Shown one piece after another: positions 1 through 13,976 of a stretch of 64,000 nucleotides of DNA. The stretch's first letter is position 1. Every line of letters starts with the position of its first letter. A program made the position numbers and the translations under genes. The notes under the pieces were generated by a model, which searched no databases, was not told where the DNA came from, and saw only the letters and a program-made list of their open reading frames with translations. Origin of the DNA: Felis catus (taxonomy: Eukaryota); the NCBI RefSeq assembly GCF_018350175.1, contig NC_058368.1:131566001-131630000 (forward strand). Reading direction: 5' to 3'.

Positions 1-3000
1 CAAGAAAATCTAAAAATTATAAATATTTATGCCATCAACTTGGGAGCACCCAAACATATAAATCAATTAATGACAAACATAAATAAACTCATTGATAATA
101 ATACAATAATAGTAGAAGACTTTAACACCTCACTTACAACAATGGACAGATCATGTAAACAGAAAATCAACAAGGAAACTATGGTTCTGAATGACACCCT
201 GGACCATATGGACTTAACAGCTATATTCAGAACATTTCATCCTAAAGCAGTGGAATACACATTCTTTTCGAGTGCAGGTAGAACATTCTCCAGAAGAGAT
301 AACAACTGGATCACAAATCAGCCCTCAACAAATACAAAAAGACTGAAATCATACCATGCAAATTTTCAGACTACAATACTATGAAATTTGAAGTCAACCA
401 CAAGAAAAAATTTGGAAAGACCACAAACAGATGGATATTAAAGAATATTCTATTAAAGAATGAATGGGTTAACCAGGAAATTAAAGAACATATTTTTTTT
501 TTAAATACATGGAAGCAAATGAAAATGAAAACACAACAGTCCAAAATCTTTGGGATGTAGCAAAGTGGTCCTAAGAGGGAAGTATATTGCAGCACAGGTC
601 TACCTCAAGAAGCAAGAAAAGTATCAAATCCACAACCTAACCTTACACTTTAAGGAGCTAGAAAAGGAAAAGCAAATAAAACATAAAGCCAGCAGAAGGA
701 AAATAATAAAGATTAGAGCAGAAACAAATGATATAGAAACAAAGAAACAAAAAACACAACAGATCAATGAAACTAAGGGCTGATTCTTTGAGAAAATTAA
801 CAAACCTGATAAACCCCTAGCCGGACTTCTCAAAAGGAAAAGATAAAGGGCCCAAATAAATAAAATCAGGAATTAAAGAGGAGGGATCACAACCAACACC
901 ACAGAAATACAAACAATTTTAAGAGAATATTATGAAAAATTATATGCTAACAAACTGGGAATCTGGAAGAAATGAACAAATTCCTAGAAGCATACAAACT
1001 ACCAAAACTGAAAGAAGAAGAAATAGAAAATTTGAATAGACCCATAACCAGCAAAGAAATTAAATCAGTAGTCAAAAATCTTGAACAAAAGTCCAGGGTC
1101 AGGTGGCTTCCCAAGGGAATTCTATCAGACATTTAAAAAAGAGTTAATACCTATTCTTCTCAAACTAGCCCAAAAAGTAGAAGTGGAAGGAAAATTTCCA
1201 AACCCATTCTATGAGGCCAACATTACCTGGGTTGCAAAACCAGACAAAGACCCCACTAAAGAGGTGAATTACAGGCCAATATCCCTGATGAACATGGATG
1301 CAAAAACTCTGAACAAGATACCAGCAAATCTAATCCAACAGTACATTAAAAGAATTATTTACCATGATCAAGTGGGATTTATTCCCGGACTGCAGGGGTG
1401 GTTCACTATTCACAAGTCAATCAACGTGATATGCCACATTAATAAAAGAAAGAATAAGAACCAAAGATCTCAGTCAATGCAGAAAAAGCATTTGATAAAA
1501 TATAGCATCTATTCTTGATAAAAATCCTCACCAAAGTAGGGATAGATGGAACATTTCTCAATAGCATAAAGGCCATTTGTGAAAGACCCACAACTAATAT
1601 CATCCTTAATAGGTAAAAACTGAGAGCTTTTCCTCTACAGTCAGGAACAAGACAGGGATGTCCACTCTCACCATTACTATTTAACAAAATACTGGAAGTC
1701 TTAGTCTTAGCAATCAGACAATGAAAAGAAACAAAAGGCATCCAAATTGGCAATGGGGAAGTCAAATTTTCACTATTTGCAGATGACAGAATATTCTAGG
1801 TAGAAAACCCAAAGACTGTGCAAAAAAATTGCTAGAACTCATGCATGAATTAAGCAAAGTTTCAGGATATAAAAATCAATGTACAGAAATCTATTGCATT
1901 TCTATACACCAATAACGAAGCAGCAAAAAAAGAAATCAAGGAGTTGATCCCATTTACGATTACACCAAAAATGATAAGGTAGCTAGGAATAAACCTAACC
2001 AAAGAGGTCAAAGATCTGTAGGCTGAAAACCACAGAATGCTTATCAAAGAAATTGAGGAGGACACAAAGAAATGGAAAAACTCATGGTCCTTGATTGGAA
2101 GAACAGACATTGTTAGAATGTCTATACTACCAAAAGTGACCTACACGTTTACTTCAATCCCTACAAAATACCAATAGGATTTTTCACATAGCTAGAACAA
2201 ACAATCCTAAAATTTGTATGTAATCATAAAAGACCACATATAGCCAAAGCAATTCTAAGAAAAGCAAGTCTGGAGGCATCATAGTTTCAAACTTCAAGCT
2301 ACAGTACAGAAGGGTAGTCATCAAGACAGTAGGGTACTGACACAAAAGAAGACACATAGATCAATGGAAGAGAATAGAGAACCCAGAAATGGACCCACAG
2401 ATATATGGTCAACCAATCTTCAACAAAGTGGGAAAGAATGTTCAATGGAAAAAAAAAAAAGATGGTCTCTTCAACAAGTGGTGGTGGGAGAACTGGACAG
2501 CAACATGTAGAAGAATGAAACTGGACCACTTGCTTACATCAAACACAAAAACAAATTCAACATGGATGAAAGACCTAAATGTGAGGCAGGAAACCATCAA
2601 AATCCTAGAAGAGAAGTCAGGCAGCAACCTCTAGGACCTCAGCTGGAACAATTACTCACTAGACATGTTGCTGGAGGCAAGGGAAACAAAAGAAAAACAA
2701 ACTATTGGGACCTCATCAAGATAAAAAGCAAAGGAAACAAACAAAAAACTAAAAGGCAGCCTATGGAATAGGAGAAGATATTTACAAATGACATTTCTGT
2801 TCAAGGGTTAGTATCCAAAATCTATAAAGAACTTATCAAACTCAACACCCAAAAACCAAATAATCCAGTTAAGGAATGGGCAGAAGACATGAAGAGACAC
2901 TTTCCAAAGACATCTAGATGGCTAACAGACATATGAGCAGATGTTCAACATCACTCATCATCAGGAAAATACAAATCCAAACCACCATGAGATACCATCT

Positions 3001-3895
3001 CATACCTGCCAGAATGGCTAAAATTAACAACACAACCACCAAGAGATGTTGGCAAGGATACATTTGAGAAAGGGAAACTATCTTACACTATTGGTGGGAA
3101 TGCAAACTGATGCAGCCACTGTGGAAAACAGTATGGATTTTCCTCAAAAAGTTAAAAATAGGGGTGCCTCAGTGGCTCAGTTGGTTAGGCATCTGACTTT
3201 GGCTCAGGTCATATCTCACGGTTCATGAGTTTGAGCCGCGCGTCAGGCTCTGTGCTGACAGCTTGGAGACTAGAACCTGCTTCCGATTCTGTGTCTCCCT
3301 CTCTCTCTGCTCCTCCCCTGCTCATGCTCTGTCTCTCTCAAAAATAAATAAAACACTGAAAAAAATTGTTTGAAATAAGTGAATGGAGAAAGATGTGCCA
3401 TATATATATACAAAGGAATGCTACTCAGTCATTGAAAAAAAGAATGAAATCTTGCCATTTGTGACAATACTGGTAGACTTAGAGGGTATTAGTCTAGTGA
3501 AACAAGTCACACAGAGAAATACCACATGATTATATTTATATGTGGAATCTAAAAAACAAGTCAAATGAATAAATAAACAACAACAACAACAAAGCCAGAC
3601 TCATAGGTACAGAGAACAAATTTCTAGTTGCCAGAGATAAGGTGGTAGGGAGATGAAGAAGGTGGGTGAAGGACAGTAAGAGCTAAACTTGCCACTATAA
3701 AACAGGTAAGTCATGGAATGAAAAGTCAGCATAGGAAATACAATCAATAATATTGTAATAACTTTGTACACTGATGGAAAGTAAGTAGACTAATTGTAGT
3801 GAGCGTTTTATAATGTATGTAATTGCTGAATCTTTATGTCGTACACCTGAAACTAATATAATATGTGTCAACAACATTTCAATTAGAAATAAAAA
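1..3895 (+). mobile_element. Decayed LINE-1 (carnivore type): ORF2 endonuclease, RT and C-terminal region plus 3' UTR, interrupted by a SINE
   Basis: ORF2 motif remnants ([51 protein letters not shown] = FADD) broken by stops and frameshifts; A-rich end at ~3890. Confidence 0.95.
3161..3365 (+). mobile_element. CanSINE (SINEC_Fc-like) inserted in L1
   Basis: GGGGTGCC..GTGGCTCAG head with A/B boxes, CT-rich tract, AATAAA/A tail. Confidence 0.93.
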
Positions 3896-3900
3896 AAATT

Positions 3901-4058
3901 AGGTGTCTGGCTGGCTTAGTCAGTAGAGCATCTGACTTTTGGTCTCAGAGTTGTGAGTTCGAGCTCCCCACTAAGTGTAGAAACTACTTAAAAAATTAAA
4001 TCCTCAAAATAAGCATCCATTTTGGGGCACCTGGCTGGCTCAGTGATTAGAACATGCA

Positions 4059-4062
<4 letters not shown>
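3901..4062 (+). mobile_element. Two short older tRNA-derived SINE heads
   Basis: TGGCTGGCTTAGTCAGTAGAGCAT...GTTCGAGC and GGGGCACCTGGCTGGCTCAG motifs. Confidence 0.7.
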
Positions 4063-4123
<61 letters not shown>

Positions 4124-4160
4124 ATATATATATACATATATATATACATATACAATATAT
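4063..4160. repeat. (TA)n/(TG)n compound microsatellite
   Basis: Read directly. Confidence 0.97.
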
Positions 4161-4229
4161 ATGGCTTACTTAAAAATAAATAAGAAATTAAAAATGACTC
4201 AAAAAAGACAAATTTTTTAAGAATTGGAA

Positions 4230-4800
4230 ATTCAAATAAGAGCAAAATATTCAGAAATAAATTTAACAAAAAGTGGAAAACTTGTACACCAAAAATTATA
4301 AAATGTTGAGAAAAACTAGAGAAGCTGAGAGGGACATTTCATGTTCATATGTTTGAAGACTCAATATTATTAAAATGTCAATTCTCTCCAAATTGATCTA
4401 TAGATTCAGTATAATCTCTATCAAAATCCCTGAAGTCTCTTTTGCAGAAACTGACAAGCTGATTTGAAAATTTATATGGAATAGAAAAAGATCTCAACTG
4501 CCAAAAATTTTGACAAACAAGAACATTTATTTTTAGTTCATTGAACACATTTTCCTTTAATTCTACGAATATATTTATAATAGTTGCTTTGAAGTCTTGG
4601 GCTGCTAAGTCAACATCTGGACCCATTTGAAGTCATTTTCTATTGACTCACATTTTTCCTGGATATGAATCATACCTTCCTGTTTCTTTGCATGCCTAGT
4701 AATATATGGTTGGAAACTAGACATTATATAATAATGTTGTAGTGATTTAGAATTGTGTTGTGTTCATCTGCAGATTGTTGCTTTTTTGTTCTACTGGGTA
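4230..4800. mobile_element. Old L1M fragments (+ strand ORF2 piece to ~4525, then a - strand piece)
   Basis: Degenerate L1 ORF2 motif ATGTCAATTCTCTCCAAATTGATCTATAGATTCA; the minus-strand translation (DFKATIINIF.ELKE) resembles L1 ORF1. Confidence 0.6.
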
Positions 4801-6854
4801 ATTCACTTGCCTGGAATGAAACTGGAAACTTAGTGTTTCCTAGGTTATGTAACTGCTGATATATTTGTTCTAATCTTATAGTTTGTAGTAATTGCTATGT
4901 TAGCCTGGGGCACATCCTGTGCCTATGTAATTTCAGTCATCCAAGAATTTGGACGATACTACACTTATATTTGAGACATCACCCTAAAGTATCCTTGCTT
5001 CCAGGCAACCCATCCTCCAACCAATTTCAAGATAATCTGTCATCCTCAGGCTCTGTCCTCAAGCTCTAAATATGCAGCTTTATCCTGTCCAAAATGCACA
5101 CGATTGAAAAATGTACTTGCTTTACAAAAAAAAAAAAAAAAAGGCAATAAATTCACAGATGTCCTTTTAAGCTCTATGTTACAAGTCTTTGTATTTTTTG
5201 ATGTATCCCCCACACATGGGTAATTTGGCTATCATGCAGGAATCTAGGCAGTGTTTATACTCATATTTTGGTCTCACTCCTTATTATTGTCCCACCCTGA
5301 ATTTCTCCTTAAACTTCCAGCTAGTTTTTCAAAGCTGAACTGTGATCTGACACCTCGAGATGGTAAGGCAGTGGTTTACATCTGTGGTTTTCTAATTCTG
5401 TAGCCATGGGGATTAGGAATCAACTTTTGGCCAAGCCCTTCTCAGGCAAAATCACAACCTTGAAATTCTTAACCCTTCCAGTTGCAGTTTTTTTCAAGAG
5501 ACAACTTTCCTCTGGCTTCTATTTCAGATGCTTCACAGACCCTTCAATTTATTGAATTTTAAAATATTTTATCTAGCTCTTTTAATTATTACCTGTAGTG
5601 TGATTCACATAATTTCATTACTCCACAACCATTTACCCCAAGTTTCCCCTCCTCCCTTTTACTTTAACTTTCTCAATGTTTTTGGAAGTTCTTTCAAATG
5701 CCATCAGCACTCATATTTAAAGGCATTATTTAACTTACCCAGATTTCTGTTAAAATTAAGACTACAAAATATATTTAATTGTCTCTGTTTGAGACCATTG
5801 GCATAGGAGAGGGTGGTCAGTGGGAACAGTCTGAAAGGATTCAGGAAATTTAAATGGCTTAGAGAATTTGAAAACAAGAATAAAATCAGCTTAAAGTTGG
5901 TCTGCTTTTCATTATTGTCATGCACCAATGATTAAATACAACTCCCCTCTCTCTTGGTATGCAGTATGTCATTGTTGGTATAAGCACATTTTTAACCCTC
6001 TTTCTCCTCCCCTACTAGTTCTCCATTTTTCCTAACAAGGTCTGAGATTTGAGGTCTAGATTATTATTGTGTTATTATACTATACCATATAACTTCTTCA
6101 AAGTAAATTAGTGACAAGGTATATCACAACTGTTTACAAGCAGCTTTGTTTGAGCTGGTGTCACTGCTCACCCCCATTTATTTTTACCCGCATATTTTTC
6201 AGCTTTGGCTAACAAAGCGTGAGGCTTGAAGTTTGGATTATTACTATTGTGTTATATTTACACCACATAATGCCTCTTTCGAGATTATTTAACTAGATCA
6301 ATGGCAACTCATACCTTTTCATACTTTCTCACTCCTGAGGTCTTAGTTCTGCTTTATCTATCAATAATTTTACCAAAAAAAAAAAAAAAACAAACATGCT
6401 ACTACATACAATAAAATGTCTTTATTTCTCTCTCCTATGTAAAAAACCATTGGGTACAAAATCTGGAAAACACAATCTTTCCTTGTTATCACTACAGACT
6501 CTCTTCATTGTCCTTTGATACATAATATTGTAACAGAACTTTCATGTCAGCCTGATTTTTGTTACTTTGTAATTAAGGTATTTTTTTAACCTCTGTGCTT
6601 ATAGGATTTTTTAGCCTAATATTTGAAACATTTCACAAGCACATATTTTGGAGTAAATCTCTTATTTATACTGTAATGCAATGGATTTTCTTAACCTGTA
6701 TACATAAATGAGAGATTTAAGATGAGGGAATGCTAAAGAAGCTACTAAAATTTCAGTGGCAGAGTAGAAACTGGAAAGGGGAATTTACTTAGAAGGGGAG
6801 TTTAAGTTTCCCCAAGGGAATCTGATAATAGGACAATTCATAGTTTTTCATTAA

Positions 6855-7047
6855 AAATTTTGTAATGTTTATTTATTATTTTTAAGAGAGAGACAGAGTG
6901 CAAGCAGGGGAGGGGCAGAGAGAGAGGGAGACACAGAATCTGAAGCAGGCTCCAGGCTCTGAGTGGTCAGCCCAAAGCCCAGTGTGGGGCTCGAGCTCAC
7001 AAATTGTGAGATCATGACCTGAGCCAAAGTCATATGCTTAACTGACC
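6855..7047 (-). mobile_element. CanSINE, head truncated
   Basis: Reverse-complement SINE body (GGAGACACAGAATCTGAAGCAGGCTCCAGGCTC). Confidence 0.92.
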
Positions 7048-8431
7048 GTAAGTTCAGACAGAAAATACAACTGGAGATGAATCCTTGGCCCAGTCTTTGA
7101 TAAAGCTTCAAATTACTTAGCTACTTTATTAGTTTTGATCATTTTAGAAATTTCAGAGAAAAATCCTAATAGGAAGGAACAGTGGTAAAAACTGAGGAAG
7201 CAACCATATGAAGTTATAGAAAAGAATTCTCTTATATTCCTTTGATCTCTTTCTCTCAAAGGAAATAAAACCATACCCTTGATATACCAGTGGTCCAATT
7301 TTGCGCCTATTAGTTGAGGACAAAATTCAAACAAAAATTTTACAGCATAGGAATGTTGGCCTCTAGAGAGAAGAAACTGAATGCTCTTCTCCATTTCTTT
7401 ACCCAAAGGACACACAGATGGACACATATACACAAACACACACACATTTCATGCCACCCTCAGAAAAAAGGCTGTTACCATGTTACCATTGACCAGACAT
7501 AGGGACATGTAAGTGGCCACTTCCACTTGCTAGTGACCAGATCACTATACCTGGTTAAAAGGATAAACAGAGATGTGGACGATTTTATCATCCTTCACAC
7601 TACCACATGACTGGAATATTTAAAAGGGCTGTGCTGACTCAGCCAGCCTTTACTTTTTCTCTCTCTCTGCCTTTTTTAGACTCTCTTCCTCCCAAGATTG
7701 CGGAGCATTCAGAACTGGCTGGTATTTAATTCTTTGCTGTCTCTCTTTTATTGTCATGGTCTTGAAAAGGTTAAATGGGAGCATCTAGAACAGTTTTCCT
7801 CTTCATATAATCACTGTTCTTCAGAGTTGCCTACTCTTTGTACAAGGCTAGACATATGGGGGGGGCGCACTTTATGATACTCTTTAAATAATAAATGAAC
7901 ACATAAACTTACCATCACCCACGTTTTTATTTGGGACTCCTGAACCACTTGTGGATCTTCCTTGCTCTAAAACTACTTTCTTTTCTTTATTCTATGTCCC
8001 GTATTTTTTTATGTCTATGTATATTATTCTAATGTTTCTCAATTCTTCTGAAAGGAAATAATAATCTCAGGCACATATCAATTTACTGCCCTATGCAGAT
8101 CTACATTATTACTGAATTTTGTAAAAAGATTGGTCCATTAGTTATTGAGAAAGGCATGCTAAAATCTCCCACTATGATTGTGGGTTTGCCTATCTCTCTT
8201 TTTCATTAAGTCAATTTTTGCTTTATATATTTTGAGATAGTTTCCCAGTAAAGTTTTTACCACCACAGAGTGATTCCCATTATATCACATTAATGCCTCT
8301 TATTTTAAAGTGCATTTTTTCTGATATTAATACATATATTAACTAACTTTGGCTATTATTTGCATAAAATCTATTTTCCCATTCTTTAACTTTCTATCTT
8401 TCTGTATCTTTATATTTAATTGTGTCTCCTA

Positions 8432-9460
8432 CCAACGAAGGAAACAATCAACAAAATGAAAAAGCGGCCTACAGAAAAGATATTTGCAAATGACATTTCT
8501 GATAAAGGGTTAGTATCCAAAATCTATAAAGAACTTACCAAACTCAATACCCCCCCCCCAAAAAAAAATAATCCAGTGAAGAAATGGGTAGAAAACATGA
8601 ATAGACACCGTTCCAAAAAAGACGGCTAACAGACACATGAAAAGATGCTCAACATCACTCACCATCAGGGAAATACAAATCAAAACCACACTGAGATACC
8701 ATCTCACGCTGGTCAGAGTGGCTAAAATGAACAAATCAGGAGACTATAGATGCTGGCGAGGATGTGGAGAAAGGGAAACCCTCTTATACTGTTGATGGGA
8801 ATGCAAACTGGTATAGCCATTCTAGAGAACAGTATGGAGGTTCCTCAAAAAGTTAAAAATAGAACTTCTCTATGACCCAGCAATTGAACTGCTAGGTATT
8901 TAGCCAAATGATACAAAAATGCTGATTCGAAGGGGTACATGCACCCTGACATTTGTGGCAGCATTATCAACAATAGTCAAACTATGGAGAGAGCCCAAAT
9001 GTCCATCCACTGATGAATGGATAAAGAAGATGTGGATTGTATACAATGGAATATGACTCAGCCACCAAAAAGAATGAAACTTTGCCATTTGCAATGATGT
9101 GGATGGAGCTAGAATACATTATGGTAAGCAAAAGGAGGGTGCCAGAGAAAGACAAATACCATATGATTTCACTCGCATGTGGAATTTAGGAGACAACACA
9201 GATGACCATAGGGGTGGGGTGAAAAAGAGAGGGAAACAAACTATAAGATAATGTTAAAGATAGAGAAGAAACTGACTGGTGATAGAGAGATATGGTTAGG
9301 GGATGGGCTAGAGGGGTGATCGGTATTAAGGAGGGCAGTTGTTATGATGAGCACCGGGTGTTGTATGTAAGTGATGAATCACTGAATTCTACTCCTAAAA
9401 CCAATATTGCACTGTAATTAACTAACCAGAATTTAAATAAAAATTTGAACAGAAAAAAAT
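8432..9460 (+). mobile_element. 5'-truncated LINE-1 (felid/carnivore type), ORF2 C-terminus plus 3' UTR, inside an older minus-strand L1 remnant (~8130-8430)
   Basis: KETINK.K...TEKIFAND motif, L1 3' UTR, A-rich tail. Confidence 0.92.
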
Positions 9461-9499
9461 CTAAATGCTATTAAAATGCTATTTCTTACAAATAGCAAT

Positions 9500-9770
9500 T
9501 TTCTAAGATTTTTATTTTAAAATAATTATCAACTTACAGGAAGTTGAAAGGAAATTACAGGAAGAATTACAGATTTATAGGCAGTTTAAAAGATATTACT
9601 TTCACTCAGTTTCCCCCAATGGTCACATCTTACATAACCATGGTATAATAACAAAACCATGAAACTGACATGGGTACAAGACATGTGTATAGATCTAGGT
9701 CATTTTATCTAGTTTTGCATAACCACCAATGTAATCAAGATACAGAACTATTCCATCATCACAAAGACCT
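9500..9770 (-). mobile_element. Old L1MC/MD-type 3' end
   Basis: TTCACTCAGTTTCCCCCAATGG...CATCTTACATAAC motif recalled from L1M 3' UTRs. Confidence 0.6.
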
Positions 9771-9889
9771 AAACAGCCAAATAAGCAAGATAACTTAGCC
9801 AAGTAATGCTAAACAGCATTTGTCAGCGCTCCCTCCTACCCGCCATGTAATATGGTGGCCTCTAAATGAAGCGGCACGTTGCAGACATG

Positions 9890-10360
9890 TGGTAAAACTA
9901 TATTCAGCAAGGTCTAGTTCTAAGGATTCAAATGGGATTCAAATGATGTCATCAAGACTGTCTCTGTCTCCCTCTGTGGTGACTGCACTATCAGGTAGGC
10001 TTTCTTTATGTGGTGGAAAAGAGGACTTCAGGAGGGCTTCTGGCTTCCATTATCCACACAGAGAGTGATTACTGAGAAAAGGGTTGGGCCCTCTTTACCT
10101 TAATCTCCAGGCTGAGTACTGAAAGGATGGTGAGTCACATGCCTACCTTTGGACTAGTCACTACACCTAGGAGATGGATGTTTTGATTGTCCAGATTCAG
10201 TTGCAACTCTGCATTATGGTGGCGAAGTGGGGCCCCATAACTGTACCCCCCCCCCCACTGCCCCCATCACCAAAATCATATGGAGAGGGAGAGAGGCGAC
10301 TCCTAAAATGAAGAGATCTTCTGTTACCAGAAGAGAGAGGCAGGCAGAAACAACAGTGAC
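9890..10360. mobile_element. Decayed MaLR LTR (MLT1-like)
   Basis: CAAATGATGTCATCAAGA and TGTTACCAGAAGA..GGCAGGCAGAAA motifs. Confidence 0.45.
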
Positions 10361-10419
10361 TTTGATACGTGGCCTGGGTGGAGAATCACTGTGCTACACA
10401 TTCTCCCAGAGTTAGTTAT

Positions 10420-12240
10420 TCTCAGGCCTTAAACTTTCACTTCTCCCTGGGGAATTCTCAGACATATATTCAGAGCCCTAATCCCTTCGCTGAATTTCAG
10501 ACGTGGCATTTACAATGATCTGCAAGGCTTCTTTCTTAAATTTTATTATCACCACGGCTTAACACGTATGGACGCAATCTAATTATTTCCCCACCAAACT
10601 AGCTTCTCCTCCTCATTTTCCTATTTCTGACAATGCTCGCATCATTATTCAGCCTCCCATATGTAAACCACTGGAGACATTCCCCACACCACATTCCCAC
10701 CTCAGCAGAGCTCCCCATGTGTTCCTTTGTAGCATCTCTCCCAACTCCCCCTTACCTTCCCCACCACTATTTTTGAATCCCAGCTTCCATTATCTTATGT
10801 CTGGCTTTAGTCTTTCTAATCCTATCCTCTACCTTCTTCATTCTACATAGTGATACCAGACGAATTGTCTCCAAACAGTGCTGGACTTTCACTCCCAAAA
10901 TAAAAAAAAAATAAAATAAAATCAATTCTCTCTGTTGTTTATAGGATACAGTCCAAAACACTTGGCCTGATATTTCGATATCTGCTATACTCTGGCTCCA
11001 ATCCACTTTTCCAATCTACTTGATTATCATTTGCTTATACAGACCCTCTGCTCCAGCCAAACTGATGTCCTCATCATTTCCCACATATACTATGTGCATT
11101 AGAACCCTCCTCTTATGCTTTTGTTCATACTGAGCCCCCTGCCTTGAAAGCTGTCCTCATTCTTTTCTCCTTATTTCCTTATTCTTTTCTCCTTAAAAGA
11201 GTCCTAGCTCTTTTAAGACCCACCTCAAATTTCATTGCCCCCTGAAACCTTTCTTTGCAACTTAAGCAATATGCTGGGTCCCTCGTCTATGGGCAATTGG
11301 GCTCACTATTCATTTAATAACGCTATATGAGCCCCCTTTTTTGTAGTCAAGTAGGTCACTGTGTGTGCCACAAGCTGACTCAGTCTTGCTCCCAGCTCTC
11401 GAGACCCTCCTGTCTAACACAGGTCGTCCACTAGAAATCTCCAGATCTCAAGTCGGTCTCATTGGCAAAGGCCAGACACCTGGTGTGGATGACTTTGTAT
11501 ACCAGTGTGGTCCCTGAATTCAAACTCCCTATGTTCCCAAGAGTGTTGGCATGGTCTAGAGCACCAAACTTCTGTTTTAAATTTTTCTTCACCTCTCCAC
11601 TTCCTTCTGGAAAATGGAGCTCAGCTCTGTATTTTAGCCCATTCTCTGTGACCCCAGAATCTTTTCAAGCTCTTGTCAGCCTGCTTTTCTATTATCCTGT
11701 CTTCTGGGAAATTCACTCCCAACAGACTTCTCTCACAGATGACACCCTATAGAATGGTTACTATTTCTACTGCTGTTACTTTAAATTCCTCTTTGGGAGG
11801 GATTTACTTTATGTCTTTCTATCCCCAGCAACTAGCACACAGTAGGTACCTAAGTCACGTTTTTTAACAACAACAACAAAAATCTCCACTAAATGAGACC
11901 TCCATGACTATCTGTGCTCACATCAATCATGCCAGTTTTGTCCTGTCCCTTTGCCCGTGACCTACCAGACAGTTAGTTCCCCACCAAGGATCAGTTCTCC
12001 TTGTTTCAGTCTGTCCAGATACTCTTCGTCCCGCTTCCATACCTGTCCATGCTACCGACTTCCCAGAATGCTTCAGTCAGTCATGAGTTACGGCATCTAG
12101 CGCTTGCCGTCTTAGACTCCCTGGTGTGTTTGGATGGCTCTGAGGGCAGACACTGTCATCTAATTTCTTGGACTTTCTACTGCATAGCCTAGTGCCCTGA
12201 ACACACTGGACACTCGAATAAAGTTTTGTCGATGATAATT
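10420..12240 (+). mobile_element. Several LINE-2 fragments
   Basis: L2 3'-end motifs (AAGACCCACCTCAAAT, GCACACAGTAGGT, CACTCGAATAAAG). Confidence 0.55.
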
Positions 12241-13742
12241 GGGAGTTTATTATATAAAGTTGAAATGCTCTGTTGTCTTTTAGTCTTGTAATAAGAATTA
12301 TCCATCAATGACTCAGTATTAGTATTGGTTTCTTAATCCTCAGTATATCCCTGGACGGTGCCAGATTCAGGCACTTCCTCCAGATTTACAGAGCTTCCCG
12401 GTCTCCTTGCCTAAGAATTTTAATAAAGCTTTTCTGCCTTGTAATTATGACTATAGAGTAATGAGAAAAAATTTTATTTATCAAAACGAAGGAGCTGTTA
12501 GCTCAGTTTAATGCACACACAAAAATGGACAAATAGTAAAGTCATTTTAAAGTCATAGTAAATTTCTCCTTTTGAAATTTCTAAATCAATCACCCTTTCT
12601 TTCTGCGTGAATTACTTTATCTCTTTTTAGGCCTGACTTAAAAGCCTACTGTCTTATTTTTGCTGTTACTAATATTGTCATGTAAGATGAGAATTATATC
12701 TGTCATTTGGCTCTTGGAGTCAACATAGAGTATTCAAGCAGCCATTTAACTTTAAAAGTAGTCGATAGAGTCTCAATGTATTTGTTGGATACACTACGAA
12801 GGTCTAATTAAGTTGCTTTTACTTTAATCAGGTGATTAGAGACCTTATTACAAAGTTAGTTTCGATTCTTTTGAAATAACAAAAATGACTGCGTGCATCT
12901 TTGAGGGAAAGACGAAGCAACTAAATTATTTTTGTCCGAAAGGAAAAAAAAAAACCTGAACGGTGACTTGATGGTTCTTTAAGGATGTAAGAGTTACTGT
13001 AAAGGGAACAGTGGCCTCGTTTCACCCATGCTTGAGCAACGACTCGGACAGCTGGTGATGGAGTCTGCACTGGCAGTTTTGAAAAAGCCAGGGGTATCGC
13101 AGCTGCATTTAGTGCCAAACTGGAAGTCAGACACACTGTCCTCCTGCCAGACTACCAGAACAGAGACATCAGATAAGTCCTTCCAACTTCCAGAGAAACG
13201 GAGAGAGGACAGAATGAGCCAGACAGCAGGGGCTGGAGTCCATCCTAGTCTGATGTTCAACCCATCTCTCACTGCCCAGGAAGGGCCCTCATGTTCCCTG
13301 ATCCCTTCATGGAGGAAAACCCCTAGGAGTTGAGAGACACTCTCCCAGCTTCCATTCTCTCCCTGTTTCTGTCAGAGTTTAAAAGACTCAGCTACACCAT
13401 CGTTTTGAAAAGCCAGTTTTTATTTTAACTCATCCATCTTATTTCAAGTCTGGCAACAAATGCTATTTATTTCACTATTCACTAAGGAAATGGAATTAAA
13501 TCGCCTCAGGGAGATAATCAGAACATACATAAAGAACTATGCCCTGACTCCAAAGTTTGTTAGATCTAGAGCAAGTTCTTGAGAGGAATTTTAACATCTT
13601 CTTCCAGAACCAACCTTGGAGTGAAAACACAAGCCAGGTTCCCAGCTGGCCTCCCTAGTGGAAGACGCAGAATGTCATTCACCACCCTCTGATGCTTCTG
13701 AATTTCAGGAATTAGATGGCACACTCAAGAGTTCAAATGCTG

Positions 13743-13976
13743 GGGGCCCCTGGGTGGTTCAGTCAGTGAAGCATCAGACTCTTGGTTTTGGCCTAGGTCA
13801 CGATCTCATGGTTTGTGAGTTCAAACCCCACGTCGAGCTCTGCACTGACAGTGTGGAGCCTGCTTGGGATTCTCTCTCTGTTTCTGTCTCTCTGCCTTTC
13901 TGTCTCTCTCTCTGTGTCCCTCCACCACTTGTGTTCTCTCTCTCTTTCTAAATAAATCAATAAACTTTTTTTACAA
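13743..13976 (+). mobile_element. CanSINE with TSD AAGAGTTCAAATGC
   Basis: Full head, body and tail; TSD visible on both sides. Confidence 0.94.

Noticed and set aside
1..3160. Active L1 or functional reverse transcriptase gene
   Set aside because: ORF2 carries many stops and frameshifts; the same holds for the L1s at 8.4, 17.9 and 58.9 kb.
3901..3990. tRNA gene
   Set aside because: A/B-box-like motifs belong to a tRNA-derived SINE with an A-rich tail; no intact cloverleaf.
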